Position numbers and translations under genes: made by a program. The notes below the pieces were generated by a model. It ran no database searches, was not told the origin of the DNA, and was given only the letters and a program-made list of their open reading frames with translations. From an uncultured delta proteobacterium (GTDB taxonomy: Bacteria; Desulfobacterota; Desulfobacteria; Desulfobacterales; B30-G6), in NCBI GenBank assembly GCA_963823335.1, contig CAWGLD010000001.1:160001-224000 (forward strand): DNA of 64,000 bases, in the 5' to 3' direction. Positions 10,329-19,217 of this stretch are shown here, in pieces; within the stretch, counting starts at the first letter, position 1, and the number at the start of each line of letters is the position of its first letter.

Positions 10329-11081
10329 TCATTTCCCCCCCATATCCCCAAAAAGATACTGCATCAGGGTACAGACGGAAAGGGCCGCGGTCTCGGCTTT
10401 CAGTATTCTGGAGCCCAGGCTGACACTTCGATAGCCAAGGGTGACCGCCTTTTCAATTTCGGCCTTCGAGAATCCACCCTCCGGGCCGATGATGGCAAAG
10501 ACACTTTCACATCTATCCGGAACAGGGTCCAACACCTCAGGCAGTGTCCGGGTTTCCTCTTCCCAGAAAATCAATTTCAGATCATCTTCTCTTCCCATCT
10601 CCAGGGCCTCGTCAAAGGATACGATATCAGCCAGCTCGGTCAACAAGCTCCGTTGACACTGCTTCATGGATTCTATGATGATGGACCGCCACCGTTCCAG
10701 ACGCACAGGCAGTTTTGCCTTGGCCGGCACTGGAATGGAACGCTCGGAAAAGAACGGGACCCATCGCGTGATGCCAAGTTCGGTGATCTGCCGGGCCAGC
10801 ATGTCCATTTTTTTGCCTTTCAGCATGGCCTGGGCAAAGGTGATCTTTACCGGGGAATCCATGGTGGTGTGAATTCTTTTGACCGGTGACACCCTCACCT
10901 GGTCAGGTGAGATCGTCTTGATTTGCGCTTCATAATCGTTGCCCCTGCCGTCAAAAACCACCAGTGTGTCACCGTGCTTCATACGCAGGACAGTACGGAT
11001 ATGTCGTGCATCTGAACCGCCGATACTGCCTTCCTGACCAATGCCAGCCTTATCCTGCCAAAAAAAACGTCTCATCTCCAT
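10329..11081 (-). CDS. rsmE: 16S rRNA m3U1498 methyltransferase
   Basis: HIRTVLR, ITELGI, IGPEGGFS and SLGSRILKAETA motifs. Confidence 0.95.
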   Translation of the reverse strand: MEMRRFFWQDKAGIGQEGSIGGSDARHIRTVLRMKHGDTLVVFDGRGNDYEAQIKTISPDQVRVSPVKRIHTTMDSPVKITFAQAMLKGKKMDMLARQITELGITRWVPFFSERSIPVPAKAKLPVRLERWRSIIIESMKQCQRSLLTELADIVSFDEALEMGREDDLKLIFWEEETRTLPEVLDPVPDRCESVFAIIGPEGGFSKAEIEKAVTLGYRSVSLGSRILKAETAALSVCTLMQYLFGDMGGK

Positions 11082-11325
11082 ATTCCGGCAACTTTCTCAT
11101 GCAAGTCTGTTTTTCCATTTACTCAACGGTCGATCCTCTTACGTCAGGATTATTTTCTCTTCTATAACCCGCATGAATACTGCTTTATCACAATTATCTA
11201 AAATATCAAATATATTGACACTATAGATGCCTTATGATACGTTCTTCGGGATAAATTTACCCAAATCCTGCACCATGGGTGACCGTCCGGGCGGCCTATT
11301 TTTCGATCCAAACACGGGGGATGAC

Positions 11326-12873
11326 ATGGTAGATAAAGACGATCTCTTTCAGGAAGAAGACGGCAGCACGCCTCAAGACCATGACAGAGATGAACCTCTT
11401 ACCGACGAAGACGACGATATCATCGACCTTTTAGATACGGTTGAAATGCCTGTGCAAGATATCGAGGAAGACATCATCGAGCTCGAAGATATGGTCGAGG
11501 CGCCTGTCGACGAGATTATAGAGCTTACAGAAGAAACCCAAGGGCCAGTGGCGGACGATGACGTTCTCGATCTGACAGAGGTGGTCACCGACGAGGACGA
11601 ACCGCGAGACGATATTCTGGAACTCACCGAGATCGCCGATACAGATGATACACAGGATGATGGGGTTCTGGATCTCACCCAAAAGACGGCAGGGTTCGAC
11701 CTGGATGATGAGATCATCGATCTGACGGAAGCCACGGCTGATGACAAGGTTTTCGACCTTTTAGATACAGCTGAAATACCGGCCCAGAACATGGCCGAAG
11801 ACATCATCGATCTGGAGAAACCCGCGGCTGATGACGAGGTTTTCGACCTTTTAGATACGGTTGAAATACCGGCCCAGGGCATGACCGAAGACATCATCGA
11901 TCTGGAGGAACCCGCGGCTGATGACGAGGTTTTCGACCTTTTAGATACGGTTGAAATACCGGCCCAGAACATGACCGAAGACATCATCGATCTGGAGGAA
12001 CCCGCGGCTGATGACGAGGTTTTCGACCTTTTAGATACGATTGAAATACCGGCCCAGGGCATGACCGAAGACATCATCGAACCGGCGGACACAACCCAGG
12101 AGTTTGCGTTTGACGCCGATGATAACGATGACATTCTCAGTTCAACAGAAACCCCGGCCGATAGCAAAGTCTTTGACTTTTTGGACACGATTGAAATCCC
12201 CGCCCAGGACACAGCCGAAGACATCATCGAACCGGCGGACACGGTTCAGGAGCTTGACTTTGCTGCCGAAAACGACAGCCTCGGTCTAACAGATGCCGTG
12301 GCCCAGGACGATATTGACGAAGCAGCCTTGGATCCGGATGAACCTGATGAACCCGTGGAGACAGATCAGGAAGAACGCTTTGAAGAAACCATTGCGCTGC
12401 CATCATCCGGATACGAAGAAGACAAGGAGCTGTTGGAACTCATCGATGATATCCAGGCAACCCTCAACGATGAACCCCTATCCGCCCGCGTCGGTGACCA
12501 GGAGAGCACAGCTCCGACGGATGAAGTCATTGATACGGACACTCTTGAAGAAAATGCCGACGCATACACCTTTCTGAATGACGATGATCTCATCGAAGAC
12601 GGGGGCGTACCGGAATCTGAATCTGAATTCGTCGACCACCTTGGTATCGATCTCACCTCGGAGATCGAAAGAAAGGCATTGGAGGAAAACCAGGAAGCGG
12701 TCATGGAAGATGTCAAACCAACCAAAGACATGGAATCAGGCATCGCACCGGGCGCCGTGGAGACAGCCGTCAAACAGGCCCTTACCGAAATGCTGGCGGA
12801 TGAGAACAATCCACTGGCCAAGGCCATTGAAAATGCGGTCAGAAAAGCATTGGGTCAAGGGGAAGATACTTAA
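11326..12873 (+). CDS. Very acidic, repeat-rich disordered protein (PopZ/RomR-like scaffold candidate)
   Basis: Asp/Glu-rich with many DDIIDL/DEVFDL/DDVLDL motifs and a short helical C-terminus; directly upstream of valS. Start chosen at MVDKDD after GGGGG. Confidence 0.75.
   Translation: MVDKDDLFQEEDGSTPQDHDRDEPLTDEDDDIIDLLDTVEMPVQDIEEDIIELEDMVEAPVDEIIELTEETQGPVADDDVLDLTEVVTDEDEPRDDILELTEIADTDDTQDDGVLDLTQKTAGFDLDDEIIDLTEATADDKVFDLLDTAEIPAQNMAEDIIDLEKPAADDEVFDLLDTVEIPAQGMTEDIIDLEEPAADDEVFDLLDTVEIPAQNMTEDIIDLEEPAADDEVFDLLDTIEIPAQGMTEDIIEPADTTQEFAFDADDNDDILSSTETPADSKVFDFLDTIEIPAQDTAEDIIEPADTVQELDFAAENDSLGLTDAVAQDDIDEAALDPDEPDEPVETDQEERFEETIALPSSGYEEDKELLELIDDIQATLNDEPLSARVGDQESTAPTDEVIDTDTLEENADAYTFLNDDDLIEDGGVPESESEFVDHLGIDLTSEIERKALEENQEAVMEDVKPTKDMESGIAPGAVETAVKQALTEMLADENNPLAKAIENAVRKALGQGEDT
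11737..12085 (+). repeat. Intragenic tandem repeat, 90-bp (30-aa) unit, about 4 copies
   Basis: GCTGATGAC(A/G)AGGTTTTCGACCTTTTAGATAC... recurs at 11737, 11827, 11917 and 12007. Confidence 0.95.
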
Positions 12874-13058
12874 CGAAGTTGGATTATCTCCAAGAATCTT
12901 GATCCAGCCGATAGAAACAACAAGCAATGATGTGATCGAGTTCTCTCGCCACAAGCGAAGGACTCTTGTGAACATGCACATTGGGGATTATTACTACCTG
13001 AAAAATGCATGAAATTCAGGTATGAATCCCCTTTTCACTTTTGATGAGGGAGTATTAC

Positions 13059-15719
13059 ATGAGTTCGCGTTTAATCGATAAAGGGTATGAACCCCGGGAA
13101 GTGGAAAAACGCTGGTACAGCTACTGGGAGGAAAATCATCTTTTTGCAGCGGATGAAACCAGCGACAGACAGAGTTATTCCATTGTCATCCCGCCCCCCA
13201 ATGTCACCGGTGTATTGCACATGGGGCATGCATTGAACAATACCATGCAGGATATTCTTTGCCGTTACCGACGACTGAGGGGCGACAATGTTTTGTGGAT
13301 GCCCGGGACAGACCATGCCGGTATCGCCACCCAGAATGTGGTCGAGAAAAAACTGGCTGCCGAAGGGCTGGATCGCCACCAGGTGGGCAGGGAAAAATTC
13401 ATAGAGGCTGTATGGGAATGGCGCAAAGAATATGGCAACGCCATCATCAACCAGCTCAAACGACTGGGTGCATCCTGCGACTGGCAGCGGGAGCGGTTTA
13501 CCATGGACGAAGGCTTGTCCCTCGCCGTGCGCAAGGTATTTGTTCAGCTGTATGAAGAGGGGCTCATTTACCGCGGCGATTACATCATCAACTGGTGTCA
13601 TCGCTGCCACACCGCCTTGAGCGATCTCGAAGTAGAACACGAAGACATCGATGGGCATCTCTACCACTTCCGCTATCCCTATGAAAAGGGAAACGGCTAC
13701 ATCATCATAGCCACCACCCGGCCGGAAACCATGCTGGGGGACACGGCCGTGGCCGTGAATCCTGAGGATGAACGATACCTGAACCTCAAAGACGAAAACG
13801 TGATCCTGCCTCTCATGGAGCGGGTCATTCCGATTATCCGGGATCCCTATGTGGACATGTCCTTTGGAACCGGCGCCCTCAAAATCACACCGGCACACGA
13901 TCCCAACGACTTCGACATCGGTGAAAAACACAATCTGCCAAGCGTCAAGGTTATCGGAGACGACGGCTTCATGACAGCCGACGCCGGCCGTTTCCAGGGT
14001 ATGGACCGTTTCGAATGCCGGGACGCCGTGGTGGAAGCACTCCAGGCAAAAGGCCTGGTAGAAAAAATTGAACCCCATCCGCACAGCGTCGGGCACTGCT
14101 ACCGCTGCAAGACCATTGTCGAACCGAACCTGTCCCGGCAGTGGTTTGTCAAGGCAAAGCCTCTGGCTGAAAAAGCCATCCAGGCCGTGGACACCGGAAG
14201 AACCCGTATTATTCCCGAAACATGGAAGAAAACTTATTACGATTGGATGTACAACATCAAGGACTGGTGTATCTCCAGACAGATCTGGTGGGGCCACCAG
14301 ATTCCTGCCTGGACCTGCGAAGATTGCGAAGAGGTGGTGGTTGCCATGGAGACTCCCGAAACCTGCCCCGCCTGCAGGAGCAAAAAACTGGTCCGGGAAA
14401 CCGATGTCCTGGACACCTGGTTCAGCTCGGCACTCTGGCCCTTCTCCACCATGGGGTGGCCCGAACAGACCCCTCTGTTGAAAACATTTTATCCCACCTC
14501 GGTTCTGATAACGGGTTTCGATATCCTCTTTTTCTGGGTAGCCCGGATGATGATGATGGGAATCCATTTCATGAAGGATATCCCCTTTGCGGATGTGTAT
14601 GTTCATGCGCTGGTTCGGGACGAACAGGGCAAGAAAATGAGCAAATCAAAAGGCAACGTCATCGATCCGCTGAATATCATCGACCAGTACGGTACCGACG
14701 CCTTCAGGTTTACCCTGGCGGCCTTTGCCGCCCAGGGACGCGATGTCAAGATGTCCGAAAAGCGTGTGGAGGGATATCGGCATTTTGTGAACAAACTCTG
14801 GAATGCCGCCCGTTTCTCCCTGATGCACCTGGACGAAAGCCACGCCGACATGCCCGGACAAACCCTTTCCCTCCCGGACAGATGGATCCTTTCCAGACTC
14901 AGCCGGGTAACGGACGCTGTGGCGGAGGCTCTGGATCAGTATCGCTTCAATGATGCGGCCAGCGTGGTTTACCAGTTTGTCTGGCACGAACTCTGTGACT
15001 GGTATCTGGAAACCATCAAGCCCGCGCTCTACGGGAAGAAAGGCGAAGAAAGCAAACGGGCCACCCTCACGGTTCTGTGGCGTGTCTTTCACGACACCCT
15101 GATCCTGCTGCACCCCTTTATGCCCTTTGTAACCGAGGAAATCTGGCACAAGTTTCCAGCAACGGACGCTTCCATCATGAAGGCCGTCTACCCGTCCGAT
15201 GCTGCAGAAAGGGGGGCAATCAAACGCGATCCAGAAGCCGAACATGCCATGGCCGTGGTTACGGACATCATCACCGCAGTTCGAAATATCCGCGGTGAAA
15301 TGAATATCTCACCGTCCCAGTCCCTGGCCATGGTGCTCCAGACCCCGGAAGAGACCACGCGCTCTTTGATCGAGCAGCAACAGGACGTGATTCTCGATCT
15401 TGCCAGACTCCATGCCCTGTCCATTGAATCACCAGGTGACAAACCCAGGGCTTCTGCAACCGCCATCGTGGGCGATGCCACCATTTTTGTCTCCCTCGAA
15501 GGCATTGTCGATTTTGAAAATGAGGAATTGCGTCTGGAAAAAGAGATCGCCAAGCTGGGCAAGGAGTTGTCGGCCATATCCAATAAACTGAACAACGAAA
15601 GCTTTCTGAGCAAGGCTCCCGGGGAGATTGTCGAAAAGGTTCGTGAAAAACACGACACGCTTCAGGAAAAGAGGACCCGTCTGCACTCGAATCTCGAGAG
15701 GATCCGGACATACATCTGA
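13059..15719 (+). CDS. valS: Valine--tRNA ligase
   Basis: PPPNVTGVLHMGH, DWCISRQIWWGH and KMSKS motifs; C-terminal coiled coil. Confidence 0.98.
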   Translation: MSSRLIDKGYEPREVEKRWYSYWEENHLFAADETSDRQSYSIVIPPPNVTGVLHMGHALNNTMQDILCRYRRLRGDNVLWMPGTDHAGIATQNVVEKKLAAEGLDRHQVGREKFIEAVWEWRKEYGNAIINQLKRLGASCDWQRERFTMDEGLSLAVRKVFVQLYEEGLIYRGDYIINWCHRCHTALSDLEVEHEDIDGHLYHFRYPYEKGNGYIIIATTRPETMLGDTAVAVNPEDERYLNLKDENVILPLMERVIPIIRDPYVDMSFGTGALKITPAHDPNDFDIGEKHNLPSVKVIGDDGFMTADAGRFQGMDRFECRDAVVEALQAKGLVEKIEPHPHSVGHCYRCKTIVEPNLSRQWFVKAKPLAEKAIQAVDTGRTRIIPETWKKTYYDWMYNIKDWCISRQIWWGHQIPAWTCEDCEEVVVAMETPETCPACRSKKLVRETDVLDTWFSSALWPFSTMGWPEQTPLLKTFYPTSVLITGFDILFFWVARMMMMGIHFMKDIPFADVYVHALVRDEQGKKMSKSKGNVIDPLNIIDQYGTDAFRFTLAAFAAQGRDVKMSEKRVEGYRHFVNKLWNAARFSLMHLDESHADMPGQTLSLPDRWILSRLSRVTDAVAEALDQYRFNDAASVVYQFVWHELCDWYLETIKPALYGKKGEESKRATLTVLWRVFHDTLILLHPFMPFVTEEIWHKFPATDASIMKAVYPSDAAERGAIKRDPEAEHAMAVVTDIITAVRNIRGEMNISPSQSLAMVLQTPEETTRSLIEQQQDVILDLARLHALSIESPGDKPRASATAIVGDATIFVSLEGIVDFENEELRLEKEIAKLGKELSAISNKLNNESFLSKAPGEIVEKVREKHDTLQEKRTRLHSNLERIRTYI

Positions 15720-15727
15720 GGATAAAG

Positions 15728-15875
15728 CATGAAGCTATCTCAAAAAAGTTTTTTGGCCCAATTTCTGTGTTGGTCCCTTGCTTCAACTCCTCGGAATACT
15801 ACAGTATACCTGCGGGTTGAAGTTCGGGCCCGCCTTGAACTTCAACCAAAACCCTTTTTTTGAGATGGCTTCATG
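15728..15875. repeat. MITE-like palindromic element (family A)
   Basis: Inverted repeats CATGAAGCTATCTCAAAAAAG / TTTTTTGAGATGGCTTCATG; the right end overlaps the nadC ATG. Confidence 0.65.
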
Positions 15876-16703
15876 GAAACACACAGCGTCAAAGCACTGA
15901 TTCAAACGGCCCTGAACGAGGATATCGGTTCCGGCGACATCACCACGGACAATCTGATCGATCCGAAACTGACCGGTAGATGCGTTATCATGGCCAAGGA
16001 GCCGCTGGTGCTGGCGGGGATCGATATCGCCAGACAGGTTTTTCAACACCTCGATACCTGTATGGAGTTTCAGGCCTTGCTGTCGGATGGGGACACGGCA
16101 GATACCGGTCAATCCCTGGCGCATATCCAGGGAAACCTGGCAGCCCTTTTGAAAGGCGAAAGAACCGCCTTGAATTTTTTACAGCGTCTTTCAGGTATCG
16201 CCACCAACGTCGCCGCCCACGTGCGACTGCTCGAAGGATCCCCGGTTCAGCTCGTGGACACGCGCAAGACAACACCTGGATGGCGTGTGCTGGAGAAATA
16301 CGCCGTGCGTGTGGGTGGCGCCCACAACCACAGAATGGGTCTTTATGACGGAGTCCTCATCAAAGACAACCACATTGCAGCCTTCGGTGGTGTCGCCGGA
16401 TCGATATCTCACATCCGCAAGCATGTCTCCCACCTGGTCAAAATCGAAGTGGAAGTCTCTAACCTGGCCGAAGTGGAAGAAGCCCTTCAGGTGGGCGTCG
16501 ATGTTATCATGCTGGACAACATGTCCCTGGAGGAAATCAAGACGGCGGTAGCACTGATTCAACATGCGGCCCTTGTGGAGGTGTCCGGGAACATTACCCA
16601 GACCAACCTGGCTGCCATGGCCGGCACCGGTGTGGACATCATTTCCATCGGCGCCCTGACACATGGGGCACGATCGGTGGACATCAGTATGCGAATCACA
16701 TAA
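15873..16703 (+). CDS. nadC: Quinolinate phosphoribosyltransferase
   Basis: DTRKTTPG, HRMGLYDGVLIKDNH, EVEV and MLDN motifs. Confidence 0.97.
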   Translation: METHSVKALIQTALNEDIGSGDITTDNLIDPKLTGRCVIMAKEPLVLAGIDIARQVFQHLDTCMEFQALLSDGDTADTGQSLAHIQGNLAALLKGERTALNFLQRLSGIATNVAAHVRLLEGSPVQLVDTRKTTPGWRVLEKYAVRVGGAHNHRMGLYDGVLIKDNHIAAFGGVAGSISHIRKHVSHLVKIEVEVSNLAEVEEALQVGVDVIMLDNMSLEEIKTAVALIQHAALVEVSGNITQTNLAAMAGTGVDIISIGALTHGARSVDISMRIT

Positions 16704-16923
16704 AATTTAATGAGATGCTTTTTTTATCAATGGGATAATATCTCTTTATATATCTCATCAAATTTTACCCTTCGGGCAAAGTGATATCACTGCATTCGCG
16801 TCGTTGTGACTGATTCGCAGTAGATAACCTACAGCTTCACCAGCCAGCGCCTTGCGACTGCAGCAATCTCCCATTGTGTGATTATAGTAACTTGAAGGTC
16901 CAACATCGAATGAAAATAAATAT

Positions 16924-16987
16924 TGAAGAACCCCGCGGCACGACATTTTTGAGATGGGTTATAGATAGCGTGCGCTGTTGCGGTTCA
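16924..16987. repeat. REP-like element TGAAGAACC...GCGGTTCA (family C)
   Basis: Same ends as 60839-60888 and 63424-63504. Confidence 0.5.
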
Positions 16988-17124
16988 ATACAGACGCCGG
17001 TTTCTTCCAGTGCCAAATTCAGCATTCGATGTTGGACGTTCGATGTTCATTGGTTTTTATTGGGGATCTCCCCGCCGGGAACCCCTACTTAAAACCTAAA
17101 ACTTAACACCTAAAACCGTTTAAT

Positions 17125-18096
17125 ATGATCCCCTTACGCGACATCAACCCTTCCAGAAGTTTCCCGGTGGTCAACACGGCGCTCATCGGCATCAATGTGG
17201 TCGTGTTTTTCCTCCAGATGTCCCAGGGAAATCAAATGGATCGTTTTATCTACACCTACGGTCTGGTTCCGGCCCGCTACTCCATCTCGCACGTAAGCGC
17301 CTATTTCACACCCTTCCAGCAAGTTTTTTCCTTCATCTCCTTCATGTTTCTTCACGGGGGTTTTGTGCATCTTCTGGGAAACATGTGGTCTCTCTACATC
17401 TTCGGCGACAATGTCGAAGACCGTCTGGGACCGCTTCGATATCTGTTGTTCTATCTCCTGTGCGGTCTCGCTTCGGGCTTGTCCCATTTGCTGCTGAACA
17501 TGAATTCGACAATTCCCACCATCGGCGCCAGTGGCGCCATTGCCGGTGTCATGGGTGCCTATCTTGTCCTCCATCCCCGATCCAGGATCCTGACCCTGAT
17601 TCCCATTCTCATCTTTCCCTGGTTCGTGGAAATCCCTGCCTTTTTCTTTATCGGCTTCTGGTTCGTACTGCAGCTGCTGAATGCGGCCGGCAGCCATGGC
17701 GGGGGTGGGGGTATTGCGTGGTGGGCCCACATCGGTGGGTTCCTGTTCGGTATCGTCTTTTTGAAAATAGCTCTGAAGCTTCCTTCCACGGGCATTTCCC
17801 GAAAAATAAGCCCCATGACGGCCAGAAAGAAAACATCCCGCCTGCAGATCATTCGACCCGTTGGGCCCGCCGACGATCCCAACCTCTACGGGACTCTCGA
17901 AATCTCAGCCCTTGAAGCCCGCCTGGGTTCCAGAAAACTCGTGAATATCCCCTGGGGCTTTCAGAAACGTCTCATCAATGTAACCGTACCACCCGGTATC
18001 ACGGAGAACAAACAGCTTAAACTCAGATCCCTGGGAAAACTGATGCCCCAAGGTGGGCGGGGGGATTTGTTCCTTCGGGTTACCATTAAAGGTTAG
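17125..18096 (+). CDS. Rhomboid intramembrane serine protease with DnaJ-C-like C-terminal domain
   Basis: FLHGGFVHLLGNM, GASGAIAGV and AHIGGF; tail VTVPPG...LKLRSLG...RGDLFLRV. Confidence 0.9.
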   Translation: MIPLRDINPSRSFPVVNTALIGINVVVFFLQMSQGNQMDRFIYTYGLVPARYSISHVSAYFTPFQQVFSFISFMFLHGGFVHLLGNMWSLYIFGDNVEDRLGPLRYLLFYLLCGLASGLSHLLLNMNSTIPTIGASGAIAGVMGAYLVLHPRSRILTLIPILIFPWFVEIPAFFFIGFWFVLQLLNAAGSHGGGGGIAWWAHIGGFLFGIVFLKIALKLPSTGISRKISPMTARKKTSRLQIIRPVGPADDPNLYGTLEISALEARLGSRKLVNIPWGFQKRLINVTVPPGITENKQLKLRSLGKLMPQGGRGDLFLRVTIKG

Positions 18097-18117
18097 GCTA
18101 ACCAACCTAATGAGCCA

Positions 18118-19041
18118 TCAAGAAATGCTTGGCTCTGCCTGCGCCAGCAATGCTGAGACCTTGTCCCGTCCGCCTTCCTTTGAACCATACAAGGCCTTGT
18201 CAGCCCTTTGGATAAAGGTAGCCAGGTCTTCCGGGGGGTTGTAGGCGGTCATGCCGATACTGATGGTAACGGATGCATTCTTTCCGGGCTCAGGGGTAAA
18301 GACAATTTCTTTGATGGCTTTCCGGATTCTTTGCGCAACAGTGAGAGCTTCTTCGCTGTCGGTCTCGGGAAGGATGATGGTAAACTCTTCACCCCCGTAC
18401 CGGTAAGCCGAGTCCATTTTCCGCAGCAGCAGCTTGACCACCTGCCCGAGACGCAACAGCACTTTGTCCCCCTCGAGATGGCCGTAACGGTCGTTGTAGT
18501 CCTTGAAATGATCGATATCCAGAATAAGCATGGTCAGCGGGTGGCTGTAACGTGTGGATCTGTCGACTTCACTCTTGAGCTGGTTGTAGAAATGCCTTGA
18601 GTTATATAGATTGGTAAGACCGTCAGTAATGGACAGCTTCTTCAGTTTCTCGAGCATCTGCAGACGTTCGTTTGTCAGCTTGCGCTCTTTCAGCACCCTT
18701 TTCAATCTGAGGATCAGCTCTTCGAACCGGACCGGTTTGAATACCAGGTCGCTGGCACCTTTGCTAATGGCCTCTTCATAGGAATAGTCGCCGGAGTATC
18801 CCGTCAGTACGATGACATCGATATTGTAATCTTTCTTGATCACATCCGTGAGCTCAAGACCATCCATTCCCGGAAGCATGATATCCGTAATAACGACATC
18901 GACCTGATGTTCTGCAAGCAGCACCAAGGCCTCTTCTGCGCTTTCGGCCGTCAAGGTCCTGAATCCGGACACGGTCACGAATTCCTGCATGGACAGTCGG
19001 ATGCCTTCTTCATCATCAACGATAAGTATGTCCGCTTCCAC
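18118..19041 (-). CDS. Response-regulator diguanylate cyclase (REC-GGDEF)
   Basis: Receiver domain, DGLTNLYN, and RYGGEEF with an RxxD I-site (RKMD). Confidence 0.93.
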   Translation of the reverse strand: MEADILIVDDEEGIRLSMQEFVTVSGFRTLTAESAEEALVLLAEHQVDVVITDIMLPGMDGLELTDVIKKDYNIDVIVLTGYSGDYSYEEAISKGASDLVFKPVRFEELILRLKRVLKERKLTNERLQMLEKLKKLSITDGLTNLYNSRHFYNQLKSEVDRSTRYSHPLTMLILDIDHFKDYNDRYGHLEGDKVLLRLGQVVKLLLRKMDSAYRYGGEEFTIILPETDSEEALTVAQRIRKAIKEIVFTPEPGKNASVTISIGMTAYNPPEDLATFIQRADKALYGSKEGGRDKVSALLAQAEPSIS

Positions 19042-19217
19042 TGTATCGCATTTCCTTTTTGCTGTCGAACCGGTTAATGGAACACCTGGTTGACATGGGT
19101 ACCATAAAATTGATAAGTAGTCTGATTCCGGATGACCCGCTCATTAAACAGGTATAATAACCGGATAGAAATTGACTGTCAACCGGCAATAAGAAAACGT
19201 GTAGCAATTGTTTTGAA

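Noticed and set aside
11737-12085. CRISPR-like repeats
   Set aside because: These are contiguous in-frame 90-bp coding repeats with no unique spacers.
11373-12242. Ser-rich 289-aa antisense ORF
   Set aside because: Shadow of the Asp/Glu-rich repeat gene on the opposite strand.
13071-14606. 511-aa antisense ORF
   Set aside because: Lies fully opposite valS and has no recognisable motifs.
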